Below are positions 11,962 to 29,895 of a stretch of DNA of 64,000 nucleotides, piece after piece. The first letter of the stretch is position 1. Every line of letters starts with the position of its first letter. The DNA lies in assembly GCF_009914755.1 (NCBI RefSeq), contig NC_060928.1. The stretch is one strand, 5' to 3'. The translations under genes and the position numbers were made by a program. The notes under the pieces are model-generated. The model saw only the letters and a program-made list of their open reading frames with translations, ran no database searches and had not been told where the DNA came from. Source of the stretch: the human T2T-CHM13v2.0 reference genome, Homo sapiens.

Positions 11962-14887
11962 GATCCTTTAAGACAGGAAACTATAGTCAAACACTGCAGC
12001 GTAATGTGGGATGAAATAGCATCAAAGCAATATAAGGAGCATATTTTCCTCAGCCCTCAGTAAAATGTCCTTTTATATTTTCTTCTAAATCAATACATGC
12101 CGACATTCCTAAGTTAGAAATTAGCATTGAAAATAAATTGTTTAAATCAATGATTTTTCATGAGACTGTTATAATTAATAAAATAGGAAAGCCATTTATA
12201 GTTGAGACAGTCTTGGGGATTGAACCGTTATTACCTCTGATGAATTAAAAAACTTCTGGATTTAAAAAAATGGCTGGAGTTTAGGTTTTGGGTTAGCATA
12301 AATTGAACTGGGAATAAATTCCTGGAGTCTAAGGTGAGATGAAACTTTTTTTTTTGGCTTTGAAGAAAGTAACATTGAAACACACAGGATCAAAGATAAA
12401 GTATATACCAGCAGGACACACTGGCGATGAAGGATATTTCATCTTCAAGACACTCACATTTTCAACGAATCCAAGGGAGCTCTGAAATTCACTTATAAAA
12501 GCCTGACAGTAATGGCTTGAGCGGGGCTACCCACCAGCCCTGGAGGTGTTTCAGTACACTGGTTAGAATATTATCTTATATTTCAAGGTGAATCCTGGTT
12601 TCCATGGAAATCTACAAGTGTGTACTACAAGTCAGGCATTTAGAAACCTTAAAAAGGGCCCCCCCCAAAAAAAAGGAAAAAGGAAGGTGCAAATAAAAAA
12701 CGTGTGATCCCCACCCCGCCCCCCCGCCAAGGGAGGCCAAAATAACATGCATTGAAACAAAACACACAAAAAGTTTTATTAGTTTATTTTCTGCTTGGAG
12801 TAGTTACCCACTATTTCCTTTGCTGCTGCTTTTATGCGGAGAATATGGATTAAAACACACAACTTAAATTTAGTGAAATTGAAGTTACTTAGCCTGTCCC
12901 CTCTTTGATAAAATCTTTTTCTTCACATGAAAAGAATGAATGTTCTTTCACTTCCCTGAATCTACTCATGTCATTGTGTATTTACCGTGATTACAGTCTT
13001 GGTGGTAGTTGACTATTGTATGCGCATGTCAGCCTATTTTGGGAGCAGTAGAATGAAATGAGTAGTAAGCTTGTGAGTTCCTTCTCGGGACATCAACTGC
13101 CCTGTTTTCATCATTGATTGCTGTAGCAGTTCCACATTTTGGTATAAGGGAAGAACTTGGCCCTAAAGAGTGTGAGAGGATATCTATACAGGTTTATGAT
13201 ATTCTTTTATTGTTGAGTGGAGGGGAGCTATACAAAAATTTCTCTGAGCAAAAGTGTGCTATAAATCCATGGTGGAAAAGGTAGGGGTCTGAGGGAGAAA
13301 AGCTCCTATACCATCATTTTCACTATGGCCATTACCCATAAGAAATGTGAAATCAAAAGAAGAGTAAGCCGAGTGAAAATTAACTTTAAGTCATAGAAAC
13401 TGACAAGCGGTTTCTGTGATTTAGAGTAGAGTCATGTCAAGTTCCAGTGTTGAAATAAGAAACATAGAGGACAGGCATTTTTATGTTGTCTGTAATTGGA
13501 CAAGTGAAGAAAATGATTTGTTGAAGGTGATGCTAATGACATCAAACCAATGTCAAACTGTGTGCTGGGAGCAAAAAAAAAAAAAGAATGGAGAAGGAAC
13601 ATATTGTGCCCAGCTTGAGTTTATGAGGAAAAGGATTTTGTGCCAGAGAACTTTTTGTGACCACAAAAATGTAAATGTGGAGAATTATCTCTCTGGCTTA
13701 CTTTTTAAAATTTTTATCAGCATCACCTCTCTTGTGCAGGCTACATGTGTTCTGTTTTGCAGAACGCACTCCCAGCTTGTCTTGCATTGTTATTGCAGGT
13801 GGTATTTAAAAATTACCAATTTCCAATTATGATAACATATACCTTGCAGTCCTGTTGGACTGAAGATAACTTTATGTTTCAAAATAGTCAAGCAATTTTA
13901 GTGATAATTTTTTAGTAATCATTAGGGTTACATTTTATTTCCCACCCTCCCAGACAGCTTTCATCTCTGGACCATACTCAGTATGAAAATAATCATTCAT
14001 CTGCTTCACTCACTTTTGCTGCCTCTTTCTGCCCATCCCATTTTCCCCATGGCTTAACCTTGGGGAAGAGTCTATTGCTTTTTCTTTCTGTTAGGACTGA
14101 ACATTCTTCTCCAGCCAATAACAAAGGAGCTTCTGTATTTTTAAAGAAATCTCATGAAATCAAACATAAACAGAATAGAAAAAAACTGAATATTTAATTT
14201 CATATCAAACCTCTAACCTGAGATTAAAAAATTCTCATATGTGCCCAATTTCCTAAGAAGCCCCATTTAAAATATTCTGACCTAATGTCAGACCATATGT
14301 TAGGCAAGGTCTCCCTATTTGAGAAGTGCAATAATTATATCCTCAGAAGGTCTGTGGCTTGATATTGAGCAGGCCTGCACTAATTCCATATAGACTGTGG
14401 GCAAGGGTTGCAAATCCTTACCTATATTTTCTAGAGAAATTATCCAACCATGTTTTATTCTTTGAGAAGATCAGAGGCATGGAGTGCGGTAAGACCTGAG
14501 AAAATATTTAGAATTCTATAGGAAGGACAATTGCCATGAGCAACTCTAACAGTTGTTCTCAGATGGGCATTCCTAATATTTTTATTCAAAAAATAATTTG
14601 GATGATCTCTGTTCCATTGTGCTAGAAGTTAAAGGAAGCTTTAGTAAGTGAAATTCATAGAAAATCTGTCTTATTTTAGCCAACACCTTTATCTGTTGCT
14701 TCCTTTTTAATTACTAAAACTATTTACATTCTGTATAGGCAGTAAATTATATGGTTCAAAATTCAAAAGTACAAAGGCTATTTATTACAGATTTCCCTTC
14801 TTACCTCTGCCCCTCAGCTGCATAATTCTTCTCAGTGCAGTTAACTAATGTTATCAGTTTCTTGTGTATCCTTTATTTCTTCTTGAG

Positions 14888-15235
14888 CATCTTAGTCACT
14901 TTGAGTTGCTGTAACAAATTACCATAGACTAGATGGCTTATAAACAACAGAAATGTATTTCTCACAGTTCTGGAAGCTAGAAGTTCAAGATCAGGGTGCC
15001 AGCATGGTTGGTTCAGGTTGAAGACTGCCAGCTTCTCATTGTGTCCTTACAGCGTGGAAGGAAAGCAAGCAAGCTCTCTGGCTTCTGCTTTATGAGAGCA
15101 CTAATCCTGTTCCCAAGGGCTCCCTCTCATGATCGATTAATAATTACCTCTCCAAAGCCCCATCTTTAAATACCATCACATTGGGGTTTAAATTTTAACA
15201 TATGGCTTAAGGGGAGACACATTCAGTCCCTAACA
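14888..15235 (-). mobile_element. MLT1A-type MaLR solo LTR
   Basis: cttagtc...gctgtaacaaattaccatagact...aaacaacagaaatgtatttctcacagttctgga...acattcagtccctaaca. Confidence 0.9.
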
Positions 15236-15279
15236 TTGGATAACTTTGTTATCAAATGTATATTTTCTCTATTTTTTAA

Positions 15280-15631
<352 letters not shown>

Positions 15632-15734
15632 CATACTACTCTTTTTTTTAACCCAACAGTATACATTAAAGATCAATTCATTTTAATGTAGAAAAAGCTT
15701 TTTAATAATTTTTAAAATGACTAGTGTATTATTC

Positions 15735-15870
15735 TAATATATGTATATATTCTATATACATAGAATAATTACTATGTACAGTATATTATATACTATTATA
15801 CTATGTATTATATACTATTATACTATGTATATACTATTATACTATGACTATATAGTATATTATTCTCTTA
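15735..15870. repeat. AT-rich tandem repeat, unit about tatactattatactatg
   Basis: Three near-perfect copies at 15782-15846 inside TA-rich sequence. Confidence 0.8.
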
Positions 15871-16029
15871 TATGCATATTCCTTAATTTATGTACTCAGT
15901 CCACTGTAATGTGAATATTTAGGTTGTTTACTCATTTTTGCTCTTATAAAAATGTTTTAATGCATCTTTTTTCTTTCTTTATTGTGTGAGTAAACCTATA
16001 TGATATAGTCTTAGAAGTAGAAATTCTTG

Positions 16030-16059
16030 GTGTGTGTGTGTGTATATATATATATATAT
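16030..16059. repeat. (TG)n(TA)n microsatellite
   Basis: Seen directly. Confidence 0.9.
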
Positions 16060-17984
16060 TTCTTTTTTATAATTTTGCCGAATACTGGAAACTATCTTCC
16101 ACACAACTTTTGACATGTTATACCCATCAGCACTGCATGAGAGTGGCTGTTGCTGTACAATATCACCTATGGTATCTTATTAAAACTTTGGATCTTTACC
16201 AGTCTAGTAATGAATAATAGTTATCTTGGTATCCTTGTCTTTGTATTATTATGAGTGAACGTGGACATTGTTTCATTCATTTAAGAGACATATTTATTTC
16301 TCTAATGTAAATTAAGTGCTTATATATTTTTGTCAATTGCATAATGTGTTATTAGACTTTTGAAACTGATTTGTAGATACTCTTTATGTTTGAAATGGGA
16401 GATAAACTCTTTATGACATGGTTGTGTTTTTCTTCCAGTTTGTCATATATTTTGACTTTGCTTGGTGAATTTTGCCCAGGCAGAAATGTTTGATGTGTGT
16501 GCTGTTACATTTATCTATTTTTTAATTTTATGACTTCTGAGTTTTTTAATCATAGAAAGGCCTTTCTCTTTTGAGATTAGGATAAATTTTCCAAAGATGT
16601 CTTCTAGTACTTTTATAAAAATTTCCTCCTTTTAGAAACATGTGCAAAAACAAACCCCTAATTATCCTAAAGGTGGCCAAGGTAAAAATATCAAAAGGAT
16701 GAGGCCCATTTGGCTTAGAAACAATTAAAAACCAACACTCATGAGTGGCTCTAAGAGGTTTCTCCTTGATTCTGCTTTCAGAGGTTATCTGCTGTGAACT
16801 GGGTCTTGTCTCACCCCTACTTTCCTCATCCACTGCTCTTGAAATGGAAGGCATCTGAAGTTGACAAAGATGTTATACAGGATAATTGAGGATAATGTCT
16901 CCCTCTTGCCCATGAATATAACTAAAATGAGAACTTAATATTAGTTTGTGCAGTGCTGTAGAAAGCAATTGGAGGCACATACACTGTGGAATAGATCTGA
17001 TATCATTAATTTTAAAGTTAAATGCCTTCTCAGTGAGCTACCTGTGCAAGTAAATTAAATCAAACATTTAATGTTAGCTGTGCAGGTTACTTCATTTATG
17101 AAGGTTAAATAGCTGAATTTCAATGTAATTTTTTAGCCTTGCAATGGTGGAGATCTGGAAAACAATTTCTGATGTATGGACCCTTCTAAATTGCTTAAGG
17201 AAATTGTCAATGCATAGTAATTACTTATTTTCTCACCTTTTCAATGTCATAATAAAATAACTGCAGGTGGCAAGTAGCATAAATTAACTGCTTATTTGAT
17301 TAGTTAAAAAACAAAAAATAATAATCCTTCTTTGTAACTATGAGAACAACATAGCTGATAAAAGAAATTCTAAATACTGGTTGCCTAAAGAATATAAAAA
17401 GATTATTTTTTTCCCTAAAATATAAAGATTTTTCATAGTTAAGAATATTTTTATTTTAATCAGCATCAAACATTTATATTGTTTAAGATTGTATAGCCAT
17501 TATTAAATGTAGAATACACTGCAAGACTGTAGGCTTGCTATTTTAATTACAGCAGACTTATACCTTTCTAACACTTTCACACTCAATAAAATGTAGAGAT
17601 CCTTTTCTGGCAAAGATTTTCTGGCTCAATACGAAAAATAAAATGTCATTACAGTCTGCCAGAGCAGCCCACCTGTATGGTCTGTCTCAGTGAAATGCCA
17701 ATGGATTAATAACGATGCTTGTATAGTAAGGGTAATTTAGGTGATACTTACCTGACAAGGGACCTCTCTTTACCATAGGACACTTGTTGGACTCTTCCAG
17801 ATGGAAAGGAACAAAGATATGCATTATTCTTAGTTACTATTTTTTAAAGTCAATATTGACTGTTCTAGGAGTAAGGGAATGGAAAATAATGTCCACAGCT
17901 CCAGAGAGATGGGACTATTTTCCAGGGATTAGCAGATCAAAAAGTGTATAGCATCATTCCAGCCTCCGGTTAGAGAAACGAGGA

Positions 17985-18105
17985 GAGCAAGGAGACCTGT
18001 GAAGAGGCCATAGTTCTGGAGGGTGGGGCAATAGGGGATTGGACTAAGGTGGTGACACTGGGGAGAGAGAAGAGGGCAGAGTAAAGATCTGTCTTTTAGG
18101 CATAA
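17985..18105 (-). mobile_element. L2 fragment
   Basis: ggattggactaaggtggtgacactggggagagagaagagggcaga resembles L2 ORF2 antisense. Confidence 0.45.
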
Positions 18106-19612
18106 GGGTTATGAGGGTTATGAGGCTGTGGTCACATTAAGTTTTCTCAATTAGAGGAGAAGGAACTGGAATGTGACATTTATGGCTTATTCAACATACT
18201 AACATAATCTCAGTGTCTAATAATTGGTAAACAATAACTTCAACTCCCAGTGAGCATTGTAGTTAGGTCAGAAAATCTCAGTACAGAATTTGTTATTTAT
18301 TAACCATAGGAATTATCTTTATAGTGTGAAGTTCCTGCGCTATGATTTTCACCCACAGCCATGGGGTGGACCTTTTGGAGTTATTAATAAGTGCAATGGA
18401 TTTCAAAGCCCAAGTTCCACTTGGAGATGTATAGAAGAAGATTGGAGAGATGTAGAAGGTAGGGCAGGAGTAATTGGGCAATATTTCCCACTGTGGAAAT
18501 ATCACAGAATCAATGTTCATTTTACTTAATATTGTATAGATTCTATTGTGCTCTGCAAAACTGAAAGCAACCTGTAAAAAAACTCTGGTATTATCTATAA
18601 AACAGATGTAGTCCCATTCCCTGCATCACTCATGCACAGCTTTCAGCCACAGATCTTGAATTTCCTGGTACTTCAGTGAGTATCTTTCTTTTATTGCCTA
18701 GCTACATACAAGTGAGTAAAGCATTTAATTCCTTTGCTTTGACCTCCTCAAAGGAAAAGTCCCTTAAAATACAAAGTTGTAATTCTTACAAGGTTCAACT
18801 CAATTGTCTTTAAAAATAATAGCCAAGAGCAAGAATTTATTGTTAGAAAAGAAGTAATGAAACTGAGTGAAGTCTCTACATTTACTGCATTAAAATGAAA
18901 TCTATCTTTGATGGCTCTCTTTTTAAATTTAATTGTTAATCAACTATTAACATTTTCTAGTTATTTTATATCACACGTGGAACTTTACTGCCACATGTAA
19001 AATAAGCATATAAATAACATCTAATGTGAGCAAAAACCTTTTTATTAGATTAGCTGATGACAGCAACAAGTTTTCTCAAAAGGGCAAATAAGTTGTATGA
19101 GAGTTTTACGTGACTTAATCAGCCAGATTTCTAAGCGTGATTTTAAGATGTATTATTGTTATTCCAGCAGAATTTGATTTCTAATTCCCCTCTTGCATCT
19201 TGAAGACTAATAGCAACATGTCTATTACAACGTGGAAGGAGAACACTATTCTTGGCATTCCCAGTTACCTTCCTTGAAATTTAAGGCTCATCAATGGCAA
19301 AATCAGTACTAGACATTTTTCTAGTATGGGTGAAGGGAAAACATTTAAAAGTAGAATAAAAAGGTATTAGTTGGTCATTTGCCACTGGTTTGGTTTCTGA
19401 TACACCTGAACTTTCATGACTTAATGCTAAATCTGCTAAGGTTGAATGCCACATTTTGCTGGAATTTAGTCCTAGGCAGAGTGATGTGTATATGCAGGTG
19501 AACAGCTTGTTTTGATGACCTAGACAAAGAAAACTCATTTTCAGAGAACTAATCTCCACCTTCCTGGCCATTGGTATAGGCCCCAACACCCATCTTGATA
19601 TTATGTTGTTAC

Positions 19613-20066
19613 TGTGAAATTAAATAATTCAAATTTAAAGCTGCAGGAACTTTAAATTATTCTGAGCCTTGAGAGGAATGTGGCTATGTGGCCTGAGTCA
19701 TGTGGCAAGCGACTGCGATTTCTGCCCTGTAAATAATTAGGAAGATCAAGAGGTGCCAGAGATAAGACCTCCCCAACCAAGACCTCTACCCCTCCTCACA
19801 GGGTAATAAACTAAGCTTCCTTGGAATTTAGCAATTTGTAACCAATCTAATCACTGTAAAGGATGCACTGGTTTTGTTTGGAAAATGTAATCTTACAATA
19901 CTTCTCTTCCTCTACCCACATAAATGGAAACGTAACTTCTGAGCTTTGAAACACTGACCCCATTTGTTTGAAGTCCATGTTTCCCAGATGGCTATCCTCA
20001 AGCTTTGTGCTTGAACAGACTCTATACTTAATCATACTTTCTAAATCTCATTATTTAAGATTGACA
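19613..20066 (+). mobile_element. ERV1 solo LTR (LTR24-like, family tentative)
   Basis: TG...CA ends (tgtgaaatt...taagattgaca) with a perfect 4-bp TSD ttac/ttac; AP-1 site tgagtca in U3. Confidence 0.85.
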
Positions 20067-20200
20067 TTACTTTCATTGGCAAAAGCAACTAGGATCAGTA
20101 GTGCACAGCAGACCAAAGTGGTCCTGTCAGATTCACTTTTAGAAAAACAATTAGCCCGTTAAAAAAAAGAGAAGTAGGGTGGTAGGGGAAGGTGGTGAAG

Positions 20201-20212
20201 ATATATATATAT

Positions 20213-20259
<47 letters not shown>

Positions 20260-20352
20260 TATATGTATATATATGTGTGTGTGTGATGTGTGTGTGTGTG
20301 TATATACATATGTATATATATATGTGTGTGTATATATATATGTATATATATA
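20201..20352. repeat. Compound (TA)n/(CA)n/(TG)n microsatellite
   Basis: 152 bp of alternating purine-pyrimidine with one break (ga at 20285-20286). Confidence 0.95.
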
Positions 20353-20429
20353 GTGAGAGTTATGCTTTGGTTTCTGATTCTTTTTCAGGCTTTTAATCTA
20401 GTTCTTCATAAGGCTTGATTACACTAAGT

Positions 20430-20516
20430 CCTCTTATAAAAAGTTTCTTCTTTGTGATTGAACTAATTTGAGTGGATTTCTGTTTCTCACAACCAAAGGA
20501 AACTTGACTAAGACAA
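20430..20516 (+). mobile_element. Old MLT1 LTR 3' end fragment
   Basis: ctaatttgagtggatttctgtttctcacaaccaaagg...gactaagaca is a typical MLT1 U5 end. Confidence 0.55.
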
Positions 20517-20748
20517 AGGGAATGATGGCAGAGTGGTTAGCATCTCTTTTCTTGACATCTCTCACTTCTTATTAAGTCAAGGCAAGCACAAAAGGGGAAG
20601 AGAATAGGACTGATTGTTGTATCATTTCAAGCTGATATGAAGGAGTTTTAATATTCCCAGGTGAAATCTGTCTATATCAATTCTCCTGATGAAGACAGCC
20701 TTATAAAAAAGGAAGGTTCCAGCAAATCCCTGAAAAGAATGCTTGACT

Positions 20749-21596
<848 letters not shown>

Positions 21597-21602
21597 ATGC
21601 TT

Positions 21603-22255
21603 TGCGGCAGGAAATGTGATCTGGGACACCAAAGTAGATGCCCTTTTATAGCTAAGATAGGCCCTAAGGTTAATAAAACAAAGTTACCCTTTGGTTGAGG
21701 GCTCAGGGCCTGGTTACCACAGCAAATTTCTAAATACCTACTATAAGAAAAACCACACACTTGTGAAACTCCTAACAACAGGAGTCATCAGGCTGAATTA
21801 CAACCTAGACCACTACTACTGTGGCTGGACAGAGGGCCAACATTGCAAACATTCTTTTCTGAGAAGGTACTACAGACCTTAGGGCAGTTTCAGCCAGCTT
21901 ATAGAGGTTAAGCACTAATCATCTTTGTGTCCTGTAGTTCATCTTTTGACATAAAGAGCCAAATTCTACCTCATTTGAATGCTAAAACCCCACCCCAAAG
22001 TGAGCATGGGATGTATGTTACGTACGTGTTTACCCAATCCACATCCACTTGGCTCCCCTCATAAATATGTATAGTTTTCCACCCAAACCGGCTGAATATG
22101 TGTGATACTGGCACTGTGAGGCATAAAACCCAACCTGTTCTTCCTCTCTTTGAAGAGAAGTCCATGCTGGATACTTTCTCTTCCTGGCTTGCAAACCAGT
22201 ATCACCAATAAAGTTTTCCTTTCTACTCTCTAGCCGTCCTGGTGGTCTGACTTCC
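21603..22255 (+). mobile_element. ERV1 solo LTR (MER72-like, tentative)
   Basis: ctaagatagggccctaaggttaataaaacaaagttacc U3, cataaaaccc TATA-like, aataaa near 22207, U5 end tagccgtcctggtggtct. Confidence 0.7.
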
Positions 22256-24416
22256 ATTTTCATTTAGCATGGTGTGAAAAGTTGAGACAAATGTAGTCTT
22301 GAACAGCTGGTGAGGTAGCTAGGCAGAAAATGAATGCAGTAGGAATTAATGGTAAACGTTAGAAACTTTATCATCACAATCTGATAGAAAACTTGGTGAC
22401 CTCCAAATTCATTTTCGAATGAAATTAGAATACATCAGAATGCCAAGTGAACATTTACCACATTGTATCACTAAATGTTTTCTGTGGCTTTATTTTTCTA
22501 AGTAATCCAAACCAGGATCTGGCTAGACTATGACATGTGTCAGAAAATTCTGTAAGTGATGTAGTTATCTTCTCATTTAGGCTGTGGTATTAGAATCCAA
22601 AACATGGCTTGGATGGTATTTTGTGCCTATTATTTCCTCAAATGATGCTAAAGTGAATTCATTAATTTTTAATCTGAAAACACTTTAATTAATTCAGAAT
22701 GTGAAAGGTTAGTTTGAAAATAAGGTATGATACAAAGGGGATGGCAGGCACCCTGGTGCGCAGCAGATTGGCTCTGATCTTTTGCAATCCAAGTGAGAGG
22801 TTGTTGTTCTGTTATGGATGAAAAGGCTCATTATCTCAAAGATAATTGCCCAGATGCCATACCAGTGAGGTCACACTAAACAGGGCTGTGGTTTCTGAAC
22901 CAAATATTTGAGCTAATTAACAGTTAAAGGTGTAGGGAACTATTTTTAATGTACTATAGAGAACAACTAATAAATACTTCCTTCATGCAAAATATTTAAC
23001 CACTTACGGAGGCTAAATGGAGCTACTGAGTGAAATTGCAAAAATTAGAAAAGTAACATTTTTAAAATTCAGTCTATTATATAGTTATATACTTTCTGTA
23101 TTGCTTGGGTTTTGACATCTCTCCAAGTGTGTAAATAATTCTGTTAACTTTTTTAAAAAAGTCATGCAGCGTTAAGAGGATAAGTAGTAAAATATTTTAA
23201 TACCTTTATATTCTAGTTGACATTTTAAAGCTAAGCCTTTAGATTTCAAGGTTTGTGAATAGAGTTGAATTGTTGAAGCCCTAGACATTGCGATTTTGTG
23301 GAAAATATACTTACAGAAAACTACAGTACAGTGTGTAAAAGTAGGGCAGGAGAATATCATAACCAGTGAGAATCTGACCTCTTGTTTCTGTCTCCTACTC
23401 TCCAAAGTAAATCCTATGCTTGCTTGGTTTTCCGAATTGCAACATCACATAATGACTCTGCAGGTGGTGCTGTCTGAGTAGAAATGGAATTTTATAGTTA
23501 GCCAGAAGGTCTTTCTCTATTAGAATAACTATTAACACTTTAAATCAAAACCAGAAGTGGATGGTATGATTTGTGACAAAGATCGAGGCTGACGGTTTCA
23601 GTGATTTTAAGTATACTTTTGTACTGTTTCATCTTTTCCTAAATTTCTGAAGTAGCCGATTAGGAATAGCAATAGCCAGAGTAAAAAAAAATGAGTGTGA
23701 AATTTTGAGCATTGGTAGACAGACACAGGGAGGTAAAATTTAAATAAGGCACAGTGTGGGGTATTGAATAAACTGGAACACAGAATGTTAGCATCCTAGG
23801 ATCAATACAGAGAAGAATGGTTTCCAAATAGGTGTGAGAAATCTTTTCTTCACGCTGCAACTGACTTGAAGCTTTATCAAGTCTTCCTTTCTGAGTTGGT
23901 TAGAACTTCAGTAGTTGGAATCCTAGAGTATTTTTGTTGTTTAAATCCATTAGTTGTGATTTAAAAAACACAGCGTGAATTTAGTTATTATTGTAAGAGT
24001 TAAAGGAAGAGGAAAGAAACATGAAAAGCAGCTCAAGAGTAAAAGACTGTTTTATTTTGGAGAATAAACCTGAGAGGGGCTTCTGGCCGATTTCAGTCAA
24101 GAGTGCTCTCTCCTACAGGCTAAGAGTATTTATTGGTTTTAGGGTGAGAGGGTTTATCACAGGCTTGGAATATTTCTGTGTGGTGGAGAAGCTTATTTTT
24201 ATTTTATTTTTTATTATACTTTAAGTTCTAGGGTACATGTGCACAATGTGCAGGTTTGTTACATATGTATACATGTGCCATGTTGGTGTGCTGCACCCAT
24301 TAACTCGTCCTTTACATTAGGTATATCTCCTAATGCTATCCCTCCCCCCTCCCCCCACCCCATGACAGACCCCGGTGTGTGATGTTCCCCTTCCTGTGTC
24401 CAAGTGTTATCATTGT

Positions 24417-28247
<3,831 letters not shown>

Positions 28248-28310
28248 TATGATGTTAGCTGGTTATTTTGCTCATTAGTTGATGCAGTTTCTTCCTAGTC
28301 TCGATGGTCT

Positions 28311-29321
28311 TTACAATTTGGCATGTTTTTGCAGTGGCTGGTACTGGTTGTTCCTTTCCATGTTTAGTGCTTCCTTCAAGAGCTCTTGTAGGGCAGGTCT
28401 GGTGGTGACAAAATCTCTCAGCATTTGCTTGTCTATGAGGGATTTTATTTGTCCTTCACTTATGAAGCTTAGTTTGGCTGGATATGAAATTCTGGATTGA
28501 AAATGCTTTTCTTTAAGAATGTTGAATATTGGCCCCCACTCTCTTCTGGCTTGTAGAGTTTCTGCTGAGAGATCCACTGTTAGTCTGATGGGCTTCCCTT
28601 TGTGGGTAACCCGACCTTTCTCTCTGGCTGCCCTTAACATTTTTTCCTTCATTTCAACTTTGATGAATCTGACAATTATGTGTCTTGGAGTTGCTCTTCT
28701 CGAGGAGTATCTTTGTGGCATTCTCTGTATTTCCTGAATTTGAATGTTGGCCTGCCTTGCTAGGTTGGGGAAGTTCTGGGTAATATCCTGCAGAGTGTTT
28801 TCCAACTTGGTTCCATTCTCCCATTACTTTCAGGTACACCAATCAGACATAGATTTGGTGTTTTCACATAGTCCCATATTTCTGGGAGGCTTTATTCATT
28901 TCTTTTTACTCTTTTTTCTCTAAACTTCTCGCTTCATTTCATTCATTTGATCTTCAATCACTGATACCCTTTCTTCCACTTGATCGAATCGGCTACTGAA
29001 GCTTGTGCATTCGTCACGTAGTTCTCATGCCATGGTTTTCAGCTCCATCAGGTCCTTTAAGGACTTTAAGGACTACACTGGTTATTCTAGTTAGCCATTC
29101 ATCTAATCTTTTTTCATGGTTTTCAGCTTCTTCTAGATGGGATCGAACTTCCTCCTTTCGCTCAGAGAGGTTTGATTGTCTGAAGCCTTCTTCTCTCAAC
29201 TTGTCAAAGTCATTCTCCATCCAGGTTTGTCCGTTGCTGGTGAGTAGCTGCGTTCCTTTGGAGGGGGAGAGGCACTCTGAGTTTTAGAATTTTCAGCTTT
29301 TCTGCTCTGTTTTTTCCCCAT
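28311..29321 (-). pseudogene. L1 ORF1, disrupted
   Basis: ORF1 peptides MENDFDKLREEGFR and FPNLARQANIQIQEIQR...PLQKHAKL in separate fragments. Confidence 0.92.
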
Positions 29322-29895
29322 CTTTGTGGTTTTGTCTACCTTTGGTCTTTGATGTTGGTGACCTACAAATTGGGTTTTGGTATGGATGTCCTTTCTGTTT
29401 GTTAGTTTTCCTTCTAACAGTCAGGACCCTCAGCTGCAGGTCTGTTGAAGTTTGCTGGAGGTCCACTCCAGACCCTGTTTACCTGGGTATCAGCAGCGGA
29501 GGCTGCAGAACAGTGAATATTGCTGAACAGCGAATGTTGCTGCCTGATTGTTCCTCTGGAAGCTTCATCTCAGAGGGGTACTGGGCCATGTGCGGTGTCA
29601 GTCTGCCCCTACTTGGGGGTGCCTCTCAGTTAGGCTACTCGGGGGTCAGGGACCCACCTGAGGAGGCAGTCTGTCCGTCCTCAGATCTCAAACTCCGTGC
29701 TGGGAGAGCTACTACTCTCTTCAAAGCTGTCAGACAGGGACATCTAAGTCTGCAGAGGTTTCTGCTGCCTTTTGTTCGGCTATGCCTGCCCCCAGAGGTG
29801 GAGTCTACAGAGGCAGGCAGGCCTCCTTGAGCAGTGGTGGGCTCCACCCAGTTCGAGCTTCCTGGCGGCTTTGTTTACCTACTCAAGCCTCAGCA

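Noticed and set aside
12212-12227. tRNA T-loop/B-box-like word (minus strand cggttcaatcccc)
   Set aside because: No acceptor, D or anticodon stems can be built around it.
13434-13832. 132-aa plus-strand ORF in unique DNA
   Set aside because: It runs through a poly-A tract (KKKK), has no homology I recognise, and its length is compatible with chance.
18102-18126. Short repeat agggttatgagggttatgagg resembling telomeric sequence
   Set aside because: 9-bp unit in about two copies, not TTAGGG; a trivial slippage duplication.
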